Positions 1 to 17,467 are shown, counted from the first letter of the stretch. The stretch is 64,000 nucleotides of DNA from the human T2T-CHM13v2.0 reference genome, Homo sapiens (GCF_009914755.1 NC_060932.1); one strand, 5' to 3'. Notes: a model not told the origin generated them from the letters alone. A program made the numbers and translations.

Positions 1-72
1 GAAGTGCAAATCTTCCAAGTCTAATAGACCTAAAGCCACAGTCTTCAAGAGCCCACGGACACCACCTCAACG
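1..72 (+). CDS. UBXN2B: UBXN2B coding exon 2 (3' part; begins before the window)
   Basis: Frame from position 2 reads KCKSSKSNRPKATVFKSPRTPPQ(R), matching the p37/UBXN2B N-terminal region. Donor cg|GTAAGT at 73, phase 2. Confidence 0.95.
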
Positions 73-849
73 GTAAGTTTTATTTTGTTTTGTTGTAAAA
101 AGAAATTATAATCCTTTCTAAAAATTTACTAACTTCAAATTATTTTAAATGGCCTTCTTCAAGGTTTCTTCAATAATTTTTAAAAATTATTATTCCAAGA
201 TCGAGGCAGATTTGGATAAAAAATAGAAATGATTAATATCATTTAGGTACTATTAAAACTTTTACAATCAGAAAGCCAAAAGAAACTTACGGAAAAATTA
301 CCTTAAAATACCTAATATTTTGGTAGATATCATATGAAATTATATCCTGAATACTATTTTTCTTGGGCACAATGGTTCTTTAATATTTTTTGAGTCATAG
401 GACTCATTAAGGGTCTGATGAAAGCTATAGAATTCTCCTCTCAAAACAACTTTCATGTGCAAGTTTGTCATTCGTTTTTAAGGATATGTGTGTTTCTTGA
501 AGCCACTCCATGGAGCCTCTGCAGGTCTTTTGTCCTCCATTTAAGAATCTATGATTTTTGAAGTCTGTCTCTTCTTCCTTTGGGTGATGATTCCTCTAAT
601 GTGTGACCTCCTAAATAGTATTTGTTGTTATTAAAATCCCTGAAGTATAAAAACAACCAACTGTGAAGACTTAAGAGATGAGAACCAGGTGTCTTTTATT
701 GCTGTGAGTTTTCTTGTTGCCAGGAATATTTTCATTAACATCTTTTTAGTACTGTAAATACCATCCCTGGGGAAGAAACGTCAGTTTTCCCATTATATCT
801 TATTCTCAGAAAGTCTATTTTATAAGTTTTCAGTTCATCAAAAAGCAAG

Positions 850-1880
850 ACTAGTAGAGTAAATACTGTGTTTACTTCACCTATATTCACCAAGTTGGTA
901 CAATGTTACATTGAACTTGTGCACGCATGTATTCTCTCTCTCTTTTTTACTCAACTATTTGAAAGGAAATTGTAGCCATCATGACACTTCACCTCTAGAT
1001 ACTTCAGCATGAGTCTCCCGAGAAGAAGCACACACTTGCAAAATTGATAACACCTTACAAAATTAATAGTAATTCAGGCGGGGAGTGGTGGCTTATGCCT
1101 GTAATCCCAGCACTTTAGGTGGGCCAAGGTGGGCAGATCACTTGAGGTCAGGAGTTCAAGACCAGCCTGGCCAACATGGCAAAACCCCATCTCTCCTAAA
1201 AATACAGAAATTAGCTGGGCATGGTGGCACGAGCCTATAATTCCAGCTACTTGGGAGGCTGAGGCACAAGAATCGCCTGATCTTGGGAGGCAGAAGTTGC
1301 AGAGAGCCGAGATGGCGCGACTGCACTCCAGCCTGAATGATGGAGAAGGACTCTGTCTCCAAAAAAAAAAAAAAAAAAAAAAAATTAATAGTAATTCTGT
1401 GATGCCATTTAATATATAGTTAGTAGTCACATATCTCTTATAGCTTTTTCTTTGGATTTAGGATTCAACTGAGGACATTGCATTGCATTTAATTATTCCT
1501 GTTTTGAATTTCTGAATACACAGAACTCTTCCCACCTTTTTATTGTTGTTTTTAGCTCAGCTACATAATCTAAAATTTATTATGTTGACTTTTTTAGAGA
1601 GTCTAGGCCAGATGTCTTATAAAATGTCTAACATTGTAGATCACTGTTTCCTCATGATTAGATTTTTATTAGAATTTTTGTCGGGTATGCTAGATAAGTG
1701 ATATTGTCTGCTATTTATTACATGACAACAGGAGTCATAATTTCAGGATTTTCCACCATTAGTGATATGTTCATTTGGTTAAGGTGCTGACCACCACAGC
1801 ACTCCATTGTAAGATACTGTGTGTCCTTTGTAATCAGCAGTTTGGTATCTTGACACTAGTTGAACATCCTATTCTTTCAT
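850..1880 (-). mobile_element. Old L1 (L1ME/L1MC-type) 3' fragment interrupted by an Alu
   Basis: Degenerate similarity to L1M 3'UTR sequence; boundaries approximate. Confidence 0.5.
1077..1383 (+). mobile_element. AluS
   Basis: Dimeric Alu with A-tail; TSD AAAATTAATAGTAATTC at 1059-1075 and 1381-1397. Confidence 0.95.
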
Positions 1881-2961
1881 TTAATTCTTACCTTTATACA
1901 TATAAAATACTGTATTTTTAGCTGCTTCTTTAATTTGTATATTCTCCCAAGTCTTGAAAGTACTTAATATGTATCTCTGTACTTGCATTTTACTCACTAT
2001 TTGGCCACTGTTTCCCCAGTTTGAACATAAGTTGAATGACTTAATATTTGAGTTCTTATCATAAGATTACTGTATTAATATTTTCCTTGCTATTCAAATA
2101 TAATCATTAAGATATTTCAGTGAAGGGTTTTCTTTTATGCTGTCTGAAACAATGCTGTGATTAATAGGTATAATTCAGTAATCCAGTTTGTAAGGATTTT
2201 GTGCCTCACATTTGATTTCTAGAATAATTTATCTATCAAAAGAACTGAGTTTCCTTAAAATATATAGGTTGAGACGTAAACTGTGTTTAATCTGTTTATA
2301 ATACAATGTATAGCAGATTGTTCGCAATCTTTTTTTCTACGTATGATATCTTCTAATGCTAAGTGTATACTTCCTTTGATTTCATATTCAATATCGAAAT
2401 TTTCCCAGTTTCGTTGTATTTCTACAGGTCTGTTTGGTACAGAAAACAGTGCTTATTTTCATGGTCCACCTCCTTGGGCGGTATTTGAAATCAAAACAGT
2501 TATTGTCTCATTGTCATTTTAAGCCAAGACAGTTTCATTATCTGAAACTCTGGACATAAGATGGTCTGTGTTTTTAATTTACAAGAGGAGTTACGTAATC
2601 TACAGAAAGACCCTCAGGATATAGTCTGATGCCTGTTTTGACATATTCATCCATGAAAAGTTAAATATCACAATCAGAACTTGGATATGTCCTCCACAAG
2701 TCATTGTATAGTAGTATTGCTTTGAGAATTAAATGAGATAAAGTGAATAAGATGCCTAGCACAGAGTTGGTACTTAGCTGGGCCTTAAAAGGATTTAAGA
2801 TATTAGGAGTTAGATAAGCACAGAAGACAAGGGACAAAATTCCAGGAACAGAGAGTCACATAATCAAAATGACCAGAGGAACCAGAAAAAGAACCAGCAG
2901 AACTTTAGTAGCTTAGTAGCAAATAAGGTTGGATAGATGGGGGTGCAGCCAGGAAGGCTTT

Positions 2962-3125
2962 CATAGGCATGTGACCTGTGCTATTGCACAAGGCCCCATG
3001 CTTAGAAGGGCCCTGTGCTTGGAGTAATGCTTTGCTGTTACTGTTTTGAAATTCTTAATTGGTTTTGAACAAGGGGACTCGATTTTCACTTTGCACTGGG
3101 TCTCACAAATTATGTAGCCAGTTGC
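2962..3125. mobile_element. MER91-like hAT DNA transposon remnant
   Basis: Resembles the recalled MER91A consensus (ggccccatgcttagaagggccc...tttgcactgggtctcacaaattatgtagcc). Confidence 0.55.
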
Positions 3126-6100
3126 GGATACAGCCTTGAAGACCAAGAAGATAAGTTGCCCCTGTGTAGAAGGCAGTGGAAAGTCAATTTGTCTTTTAAT
3201 AAAAATTTAGTGACAAAACTATAATACAATGTTAAAAGCTTTGACTCAAGATGGATACATCTCAGTTGTAATTTTTTTGTTTTCATATAAGAAAATGGTT
3301 TTATTCCTAATTTTTAGTTCCCATACAGTTTACAAATACACTTTTACTCTGATAATACAGCTTTGCAACTAGCAAAGCAGTTGCGCTAACACCCATAAAT
3401 ATAGGTGGGGAGACAATTAACATCCACTAATGTTTCTCTACATAAAGTATTCTTTTAATGTCATTTTTTTAAAAAACAGTTGCAAATAGACTACATAATG
3501 TAAGTGGGCAAAAAGGCAATTAAGTGAATCTCTTGAAACACTAAATGTATAATAAACAGCATATTATCAACATTTACATGATTCACATCAAAATGATGAC
3601 ATCCTAAAACATATTCCCTTTAAAAGATTTATCAATAAAATATTAAATATCTTTTAATACTCTGGTACTTCATATACTGCAGGAAAATTAATTGTAGGTC
3701 TAGTCATCAGCTTAATCAGGGATCCTTTTCCCATTAGCTTTTATTAATAAAAGAATTACAATTAGGTCACAAATAAACAGACAAATTATTAATTACATGA
3801 TTTGAGGCTTAGGATGAAAACTTGTCAAAATTAGTTTGATATACAGCAAAGTTATATGACCCACTAAAACCAACTGTTCAATAGTTTTTGCCTTGTGTGA
3901 ACTGCCTGTAGTGAAAAAAGAACAAATTTTTAATGATGAAAGATACAATAAACTATATTTTGGAACTTTTCAAGAGGAAGAAGGAAAAGCTATTTCAATA
4001 AAATTAAGGGCAAATACAGATCCTGACAAAGGCATCCTGACATCAGGGAGGCCATGTGCTTGCTATATGTAAAACTTGATTCCCCCAACAACATACAGAA
4101 AATAAAAACTGCACTGGCTTTGTAGTTATGTCTACAGTCTAAGTTTCCCTTATGGATACTAAGCTAAAATAAAACACTTCACAATTGCAAACCTTTCCAC
4201 ATCCCCCTGAACTAAAAATAACTCAAGATATTATTAGTTTTAAAATCCCCAATAAAATTACCTCTAAAAACAATCTTGACCATTTTCTTGACTGTTTCCC
4301 CGAAGCAACTGGGCTCTTTAAAGAATGCACACACACCAAGAAAGTCCTACACATGTTTTCTCATCCCCATTTAGCCACATTTCAAAAGACCTTGATTTCA
4401 GTGGGAGAGATGACCATAAGTTTCAGGAAGGCCACACACTAGACATGAAGCACCTTTTAGTTTTTTTTTTTTTTAAAGCTATTAAGACTGTGAAATTTGT
4501 CTTTTTTAAAAAAACCCAATACCATGTGCCAGATAACTCTTTCACCCCAAAATATAAAATCCTATGCTTATAATTTTAAAACCCTCAGTGAGCTCTGGAA
4601 TATTGTGCATATTTAATACCTACCAGCAACCTAGAAGTAGACAAATACCATGTATTTGTCATACCAACTTTCCAAATAACCTGACTCACCCATTACTGAC
4701 TGGGCTCTCTCATTACTGGCCCTGGGCTCTCTCACTTCCTCAGCAACCACCTCTTTGGAACTTTAATTTCCACACCTTTTTTTAAAACCTGCACCTCAAG
4801 CTTTCTCCATCATCCCAGCCTCTCTGCCTGATTCCATCCCATGTAAAGTAACCTCATCTGAGAACCTGCAATCACCTTTTACCAAACACATGATAAGCCT
4901 TAGCAACCTAGGGACTATGATAACTCTGGCCTTGGCCTAAGGTTACATAAGAACATGATAGTTTGCTGACCTTGTGGAGGGAAATCTAAATGAAATCAAT
5001 ATAACAAACAAAGCTAGCCAAGATCAGGTATTTCCATTCTGAGTATAAAAGCAACTGATCTTAAGCAACGGGCAGAGATGTTAATACCGGAGATATATTT
5101 GTACAATCAAACTCTTGTGTGCTGGTGAAAGACTTTACCCCCAAAGTCAAGTCAAAACAAAACCAAAGCAAAATGGAGAATGAGTCAATGTAACAATGCA
5201 ATAAAAAGAACAGGATTCAAGCTTCTTGCTGCAAATACTGAACTGGAATCTTTTTCTTTACAAGTTTTACTAGAAGACAGCAGTCATGACATTTCCCTAA
5301 TAAGGGAATACCTTTAGGCCACACCCGTGTTCTGAAGCAATTCAAAGTTCAATGAATATTGGGGGGCAGGGATAGGGGCTGATACACATTTTGTTAGTGA
5401 GAATGGCAGCCAAACTAACTCAGGGTCTTAAGAGACTGAGAGACCTCAGAAAGGAACTACTACCAGGGCTGGATCTAGGCCTTCCTTTCAGGAGCCAAAG
5501 TCAGAAGAATCCGAGGAAACAATAACTTCACAGCAAAGATGCCACAGCATTTTATTACCATCACAAAAGTCAATTAATGATATTTTCATTGAAATATCCA
5601 CACTCGATGATTCAACATATAAGGCGAAGAGGGATGTCTTTGGAAAAGGCACTTAAGGTGGAACATTAGCAAATCTTACCATTTGGCTAAAACAAAAATG
5701 ATCTCGTTCAACCTGGCTGGAGGCCTGTTAGGGCTGTTCCTTCTCACTGTGGCCTGACTAAAAACCAGTGGCATTAAGAAAGAGTCACATTTCCCAAGTC
5801 TGGGAGTGCCCCAGTGGGGTGGTGCTGCTTTCAAAAGCCCTGAGTCCCTAAACACATCCATCCTCACAAGATCAGTTTCCCCAAGTGCTGGTTCCAAAAA
5901 CAGGCTCAGGATTGGCAAAAATCATTCAGGAAGCTTCTTGAAGACCCTCTCTTTATTTCTCAGTCTTTCAGCTTGTCTCAGCTACTGTAAGCAGTTTTGG
6001 CTTCCCAAGGTCACTAGCAACTTCTGCTTTTGCTAATATCCTTGGTTTTCCATGGCAGTGGTTGTGACCGTCTGTTAGACTAGTGGCCTCCCAATTAACT

Positions 6101-6195
6101 GCACCTCTACTTCACACCCTTTTTTAAAATCTGGTCTGGGCATGTGACTTGTTTAGTAAGTAGAGGGCATACTCCAGCTCTCTTCTGGTGAGACG

Positions 6196-6197
<2 letters not shown>

Positions 6198-6240
<43 letters not shown>
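6198..6240 (+). repeat. (ATC)n trinucleotide microsatellite
   Basis: About 14 perfect ATC units. Confidence 0.95.
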
Positions 6241-6524
6241 ATAGAGGGCAGTAGAAGGGAAGCTGCGACAATTCTGGACTTAAGTCTTCAGAAGGCCTGG
6301 CCACTTCTGCTTTTGAGCTCTTGGGAGCTCTGAGCTTCATGTCAGAGGTCTAGCTACCTGCCAGCCAGGCCACTGAAAGAGACTACACGAAGAAGGAGAG
6401 ACTCAGGACTGCAGGCAGAAAGAGAAGCCCAGACATCCCAGTCTCTCCGCCAACCTGCTGACCATATGAGTGGCCACCTGCAGGCTGGCAGAAGAACAGC
6501 CCAGCTGAGCCCAACTCAAATTGA

Positions 6525-6852
<328 letters not shown>

Positions 6853-7708
6853 GGGGATGGGTTTTTTTTTTTAAGCCACTAAAGTTTTAGGGTAAGTTTG
6901 TCAGCAACATTTGACAACCAAAAACACTGGTCATTCATAGATGCCTTTTTTCTGAGTAGAAGACAGTTACTCAAATGCAAAGAAAATATGGCAAACGTTT
7001 TCCCACCACAACCTTCTCAGTCAAAAGCCAAACTGTAATTGGTCATCGGCTGGAAAAAAAAAAAGCTACACCTCTTAATTCATAAATATCCATGATTCCT
7101 TTTCTATGACTCTTCAATGCCAATGCAAAGGTAGACCAGTCAGCTTCTGACAGTCTCAGGCCCTAGCTTAATTCTCATTTGGCCAAAAATAGAAGCCATC
7201 AAAATGAATTATCCACTATTGGATACATGATGGTAAATGAGATTGTTCTCACTTTTCTAAGATGTTGTTACTTAATCTTCCCAAATCATTTCTTCTTATC
7301 CCCGACAATGAGGAAAAAAAAATTAAAACTGGTTAAGGTTATAAAAAGAAAAAAAAAAAAAAGCCTGTAACTAGAATTTGAATCCCCATAATCTGCAAAA
7401 TATAGCACACAATTTAACTGCTTCCTCAATTTAAAACAAAATTCTATAAAATATAATGTCTACATAGTAGAGATGATTTCTTCTTATCTGAGGAAATGAG
7501 TAATTGGGAAGCAGGTATTGTTGAGTTAAAATACAGTGATCTTTAAATGGTTTCAAATTTTGCTTATCAAAAGGTAGTCAACCACAATGCAAGCCTTCCA
7601 AATCCAAATTTGGTCTTCACATAAACTTTCTTGCGAAAGTTTGATCTTTTTAGGGAGAGAGTGAAGTCCACATCTATTTTTGTGCTGAAGTTTTGGCAGA
7701 TTTTCTCA

Positions 7709-7852
<144 letters not shown>

Positions 7853-8439
7853 TTAATATTTGTATATTCATGACCTTTCCTCTTGCTTTTCTGCTCTTCT
7901 TCAATCCTGCGCTGTAGTGTTTCAGTATAATGCTGGACCGCCATATAGATAAATCGGTACTGTGTTTCTGTCTGGACCATCCCTGACCTCTGAGACTGCA
8001 CCATCTGGATAGTTTTGAGAACGTCAATGTTGCAGTCAACACCTTTCTCTCTGTTGATGTCAGTCAGAATATCAATCACAACGTATGTCCCTGTCCGGCC
8101 AATTCCAGCACTGCCGTGCACCACGACTGGCCTTGCATGCATGATGCGTTCCTGCTTATGGTGCACCTCCTCCAGGAAGTCCAGCACACCCCTGGGGTCA
8201 ATGGGCACTCCGTGGTCCGGCCAGGTCCAAAAGTGGTATTGCCAGACCATTCTCTCCATATTCCCTTGCCCAACCTTTGAAAGTTTAAGTTCTCTTAGCA
8301 TATAGTTGTGAGCGGTGCTTTCTCTGATATTCCTAACACGCATGATGCCATATTCTTTTAGAGCATACTCATCAGGCCAGTATTTGACACATTTACTCTA
8401 TCCTCTCTCCACTTCTTTCGTTGTCATGACAATCACTCA

Positions 8440-8775
<336 letters not shown>

Positions 8776-9073
8776 TCAGCTAATTTGCTTAGTTCTCGAA
8801 TTCTGCTATTTCAGCAACATTTATACGAGTCGTGTTAAGGGGCTACGTGAGTTGTAGTACTGTACCCCATGTTTCCATCATAGGATTCTTCTTGTAATGT
8901 TCCACAAGATCTGTCAAAGAATCATACCGTTCTCCTCCACCAACATCGTATTTCAGTTCCTGACAGCAAATCATAACATGGGCCACTTTAGACTTGCCGT
9001 TATTGTTCTCCCCTTTGTCATCACTGGTGCGCACAGAGAGAACAAAATCTCCAAGGTGGCTCTGGCTCTCTCA

Positions 9074-9792
<719 letters not shown>

Positions 9793-10305
9793 CTACAATG
9801 TCATGTTCCTCCCACATTCCGGCTCCGTGACAGACCCGTTCCTTGCTCAGGCTCCACTGGGCTCGGTCACGTTGGGCTGGCCCGAGGGAGGCCCGCTCGG
9901 GACCAGATGCGGGGCGGAGCCAGCCGACTGTGCACAGACCCCCCTCCAGGCCTGGGGATCCTGGAGACTGTGCAGCCGCCCCCTAGGCTGGCTTGCTCCT
10001 CCTCCCTGTAATTTTTTTTTTCTCTGTCTTCTAATAAGGTTTTGCCAATTGGCAAGTTATTTAAACTCCTTCAGTCTTAGTTTTCTTACCTGTAAAATAG
10101 GAGTAATACCATTGTTAGGAGGATTAACTAAACACATAGTCATCCCTTGATAAATGTTAGCTATTACTATTCATTTAGGAAAATAGGACTGGCAATACTA
10201 TATAAAATTAATGAGGATGGAGAGAACAGGATAAAGAGAGAAAGAAATCAAGACAGGAACAATTGAGGTAAACTAAGGAATGAGGTAATAAGATTTTGGA
10301 TTCAA

Positions 10306-11300
<995 letters not shown>

Positions 11301-11419
11301 AAATGCACGGGAAAGATGGGTACCAGTCGCAGATAATATGTTTAAGGTTTGGGTAATCATCATTAGGATCTAAAAAGATTGAAACCGCTCAACTCTTCTG
11401 AAGTTGGGAACATTATCAG

Positions 11420-12200
11420 TGGGTAACCCCTATCACAATTTTCATTCAACTTGTACTGGAGGTTTTAGTCAGCACAATGAGATTAGAAAAACAAAAGTAT
11501 ACAAATTGGAAATAAATAAAGCTCATTATGTGTAATGACATAATTGCATACAAAGAAAACTGTAAAAGACTGATTCTTTTTCTGATTCCTCTGGTCATTT
11601 TGATGTTTTCCTCCTGTGTTCCTCTTCATTCCTAGAATTTTGTCCCTTGTCCTCTGTGCTTATCTAAGTCCTAATGTCCTAAATCCTTTTAAGGCCCAGC
11701 TGAGTACTAATTCTGTACTACAGATGCCTATCTTTTATTCCTTTTCACTTATATTTAATAAGTTAGTTTGAATGAGTATAGAGAATTACTTCAGCAATCA
11801 ATAAATATTTTTGCCCCAAACATTCATGAAGAATTAAAGTTGAGGACTTACACTGCTGCATGCAAAGACTTATTGTAAAGCTGCAATGGTTAAGAGAGTA
11901 AGAACTGACAGTAGACCATGGACCAAAATACGAGAACTCAAGAATCATAGGCAACTTGATTTATGACAGTGCAGAGCAGTGAGGGGCAGAATTTCATTAG
12001 GTGGTACTGGGACAAATGGACATTTATGTAGAGAAAAAATAGTTCTTGTCCTCTACCTTATACCACCTATAAACGTCAGTTCCATATGGGTTGTGGATCT
12101 AAATATAGAAATTAAAACAAATTTCTGGAAGAAAATAGAATATCTTTATGACCTTAGAGTAGGCAAAGATTTCAAATAATAAAAACCGTTAACCGTAAAG
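11420..12200 (+). mobile_element. Old L1M ORF2 fragment, interrupted by an inverted duplication
   Basis: L1 ORF2-like ttcaacttgtactggaggttttag...tggaggacttacactgc...tatctttatgaccttagagtaggcaaagatttc. Confidence 0.6.
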
Positions 12201-13637
12201 GAGATAGGAAATCATTTGCTATGACCGATTTTTGCGGTAAGGTCTTTCTCACTAAGACTGAGATAAAAAGGAATGATTATTCACTTTGCCAGATTAGAGA
12301 TGTGGAAAGCCTTGAAGGTGACTTCCATTCCTCGTTTCCAGGGCACTCCAGAGAGGGGAGGAGTGTTACGGCAGCAGACAGCTGCAGCAGGAAGTGTTGC
12401 TTTGCTTTTCTGTGTTTGTCGTCGCTCCCTAAAATAATCTGCTTCTAACACTAAGGCTTGTCTTAAAAGCCAACTAGGGCAGTGTTCAACCTTGCTTGCT
12501 ACTCTGGACCCTTGAGTGTAAGCTTGGGACAAGGGCTTCCATAGGCTCCTGCTCTAGATAAATTTGGGCCCAGTGTACTTCTCCAGAGCACTGGCAGGAT
12601 GAAGCCCCACCTCCACCTTCTGCAGTTTGTGGGGTTTAGTAGGGTTCTCCTGGTGTCTCCTTGTTCTCCATCCTGATGGATCTTTTCCTTCCTTTACTGC
12701 AAAGTGAGAGCTGGTCTGTTCTTTCCTCTATCTTACTCAGTTTTGCATATTCTAATTTAGGAGAAAGCCTTGAAGGTGAATTCCATTCCTAGTCTCCAAG
12801 GCAGATATCATTTCCCCCCATTGTTTTGTTCTATGTGTCAGTTCAGTGTGAATTTGGAATTGGATTGGAGAGTTATAAGTATTTTAACAACTGAAGTTTG
12901 ATTGTCATCTTACCCTGGAAGTCTCCATGTTGATACTTCATTGTTTATAGTTTCTGATATTCTTGATAGAAAAAAATCTTGAAAGATAAAAGTAGGTTAT
13001 TAATCTTACGTAAAGGTAATTTTTATGTTTCCTAGGACCATTTATGAAGTTGGAGTCAAAGTAGAAATTGGTCGCCAAAAAATTACTGTCTAAATTATTT
13101 ACTTTTAACAAACGCAGGGGCTTTTAAGGGAGTAGGTCTCTTAAATCCAAAAATCTCTGAAAGATAAATCCTCTCTAGATAACCCTTTAGTTTAGAATTA
13201 GCTGTTTATACTGTCTAAATCTAAAGATCTCGTCACTAACTAGGTCTCTACTGAGTGTGGCCTTCTTAGGGAGAAGGGACTATCTTTTGACTGTTGACAC
13301 TGCTTTTCCTTCTACATCAGAAGTGCTGAATTAGTGAATGAGATGTATGTGATAAGCAGTTACAGAAGGCTGAGGGATCAGCAAGCAAGCCAGTTGCCGT
13401 GCTGGAGGCTGAACTTGCCCTTAGAATCAATCTTTGCAAACTCAGTGAGAAAGTATATGATTTCCTATTTATTATACTTTTCCTTAATCCCATTTTAAAA
13501 ATTAAATATTCTCATAGAAGTCAAAATAATGCCTCTTTTTAAATAAAATACTTTTATTTTCATAAGACTATGTAGCTTTTTACTTCAGTTTATGTCTGTT
13601 ATCCTAAGTTTTTATTCATGAACTAAAATGTTTAAAG

Positions 13638-13788
13638 GTTTTACTCAAGTGAACATGAATACAGTGGATTAAATATAGTTCGACCTTCAACTGGGAAAAT
13701 TGTGAATGAACTTTTCAAAGAGGCAAGGGAACATGGGGCTGTCCCTCTGAATGAAGCCACAAGAGCTTCAGGTGATGATAAATCTAAG
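13638..13788 (+). CDS. UBXN2B: UBXN2B coding exon 3
   Basis: Acceptor tttaaAG|g; reads FYSSEHEYSGLNIVRPSTGKIVNELFKEAREHGAVPLNEATRASGDDKSK; donor aag|GTCAGT. 151 nt, phase-compatible with exon 2. Confidence 0.95.
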
Positions 13789-13979
13789 GTCAGTGCTCAA
13801 TTTTAAACTAAATACATTGTTTCTATATTTTACCTCCTCTTTCATTTTTCTATTATTTGCAAACATTGTTTTTCTAATTGTATATTTCTGTTTTAAATAT
13901 TTGTTTCATTTTTATAAAATTATAATATTTCTATTAATGATTGAAAGTTGAGACAATTTCTTACATTTCTGAACAACTT

Positions 13980-15790
<1,811 letters not shown>

Positions 15791-15889
15791 TCTATACAGC
15801 TTTTATAATTGTTACCAACTGACACAATATTGATATACTAAAGACGAACAGTTACGTGTCTTTTGTGGTATCATTTCATACATTCTTAC

Positions 15890-16062
15890 AAGTAGCATTT
15901 CTCAACCTGGAATTTCTCCATCAGAATCATTTGGGGAGGTTATCTAAACTACCTGATGGCTTCAGGTATTATGGTTCAATAAATTTGGGATATGCCTAGA
16001 AACGTGTCTTTTTAAAAAAGCCTCTATGATAATTTTGACATCCATTGTTGAGAACCACTGCT
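15890..16062. mobile_element. MER5-like DNA transposon remnant
   Basis: Terminal motifs tttctcaacctgg and ttgagaaccactg, with internal catcagaatcatttgggga. Confidence 0.55.
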
Positions 16063-16278
16063 GTAATGAAACTTAAATTTTGGTTTTCATTTCATTATTC
16101 GTCAATGGTTTGAAATGATCTTTTAGTCAAGTCTTATGGTAATTTTGGTTCTTGAAGGCTCCCCAGTATGAGCCACTTTGGCTAATTAGAATTAATCTAG
16201 TTTTAAAATACATATCACATAATAACTTTTTGCTGAATAATCCTTTGTGAATTTTAACTCACTTGCTATGTATTTTAG

Positions 16279-16362
16279 TCATTTACAGGTGGAGGATACA
16301 GATTGGGTAGTTCTTTTTGTAAGCGGTCTGAATATATCTATGGAGAAAATCAGCTGCAAGAT
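16279..16362 (+). CDS. UBXN2B: UBXN2B coding exon 4
   Basis: Acceptor tattttAG|tca; reads SFTGGGYRLGSSFCKRSEYIYGENQLQD (FxGxGxxLG SHP-like motif); donor gat|GTAGGT. 84 nt. Confidence 0.95.
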
Positions 16363-16612
16363 GTAGGTACAATAATCAAAATGAAAAAGTATAAATATTT
16401 GCTTCTAGTTACTAAAACTGTTGGTTTTAAAATTAAGAATTGATAATACAAATATATTTTTGTTACTTTTTAAAACATGGGTTAAAAGGACCAATGATGT
16501 GTGAGTTTTCAGTCTCGATCTTTATGTTTTGTATCACAATTATGCCTTGCACTTAGAGATATGGAACTATTTGTTGAAAGAATGTGTGATTCATTTTCCA
16601 AATGAATTTGCA

Positions 16613-16920
16613 GCCAGGCGTGGTGACATGCATCTGGAGTCCCAACTACTCCAGAGGCTGAGGTAGGAGGATCACTTGAGCCCAGAAGTTCAAGGCCAGC
16701 CCGGAAAACATAGCCAGACCCTATCTCTTTAAAAAAAAAAAAAAAAAAAAGGTGTTTAAAAAAATGAACTTGGGCCAGGCACAGTGGCTCACGCCTATAA
16801 TCCTAGCACTTTGGGAGACTGAGGTGGGCAGATTGTTTGAGCCCAGGAGTTCGAGACCACCCTGGGCAACATAGTAAGACCCTGGATCTTTAAGATAAAA
16901 AAATCAATTAAAAAAAGAAA
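16613..16920 (+). mobile_element. Two tandem free Alu monomers (FLAM_A-like 16613-16750; FLAM_C-like 16773-16915)
   Basis: Each is a single left-arm-type monomer with its own A-rich tail. Confidence 0.75.
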
Positions 16921-17467
16921 AATGAACAAATATATAGTTATTATTATAAATGGTATATTTTCATAATCTAAAATGAGGTGAGGTGTAAATGAAGAACACC
17001 TAAAGTCATTCTTTGTTTCTGTTGCCTTTTGAAATTTTGGAGTTTTAATTTTATTTTAGACATTGATAGTTTCTTGGAAGGTCACTGGAAATTCTGTTCC
17101 CCTTAGGATGAATATTTAAGCTCTGTAGCAAAGAAGAGTATGGGTGCAGATGAAGGAAAATGAAGGAAGTGGGAATCATGGAGTACAGCTCTTCTCATTG
17201 CTTTCATTTTCTTGTGAACCATCCACCAATAATTGTACTTCGAGGCCAGGGTCCACCTGCAGGACCTTTGGTATTTGCAGCCATTGTCAGTTTGTTAAGC
17301 TGAATGCAAACTAGCTAAACAAACACATGTGGTTTCATTAATGTCTTTCACTATGAATAAAGAATAGTAGAAATAACTCCCTATTTTAAATTAAGTAAAT
17401 ACGTTTTAGGATATCACATTTGGAACTTAAAATTATTTGGGGGAGATATATTCTTATGTATATGTGA

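Noticed and set aside
1074-1430. Alu-derived ORFs (here and at e.g. 26605, 31336, 38353, 45529)
   Set aside because: These are translations of Alu consensus ([14 protein letters not shown] motifs) with no splice or coding evidence.
6107-6340. Poly-methionine ORF
   Set aside because: Artefact of the (ATC)n microsatellite read on the minus strand.
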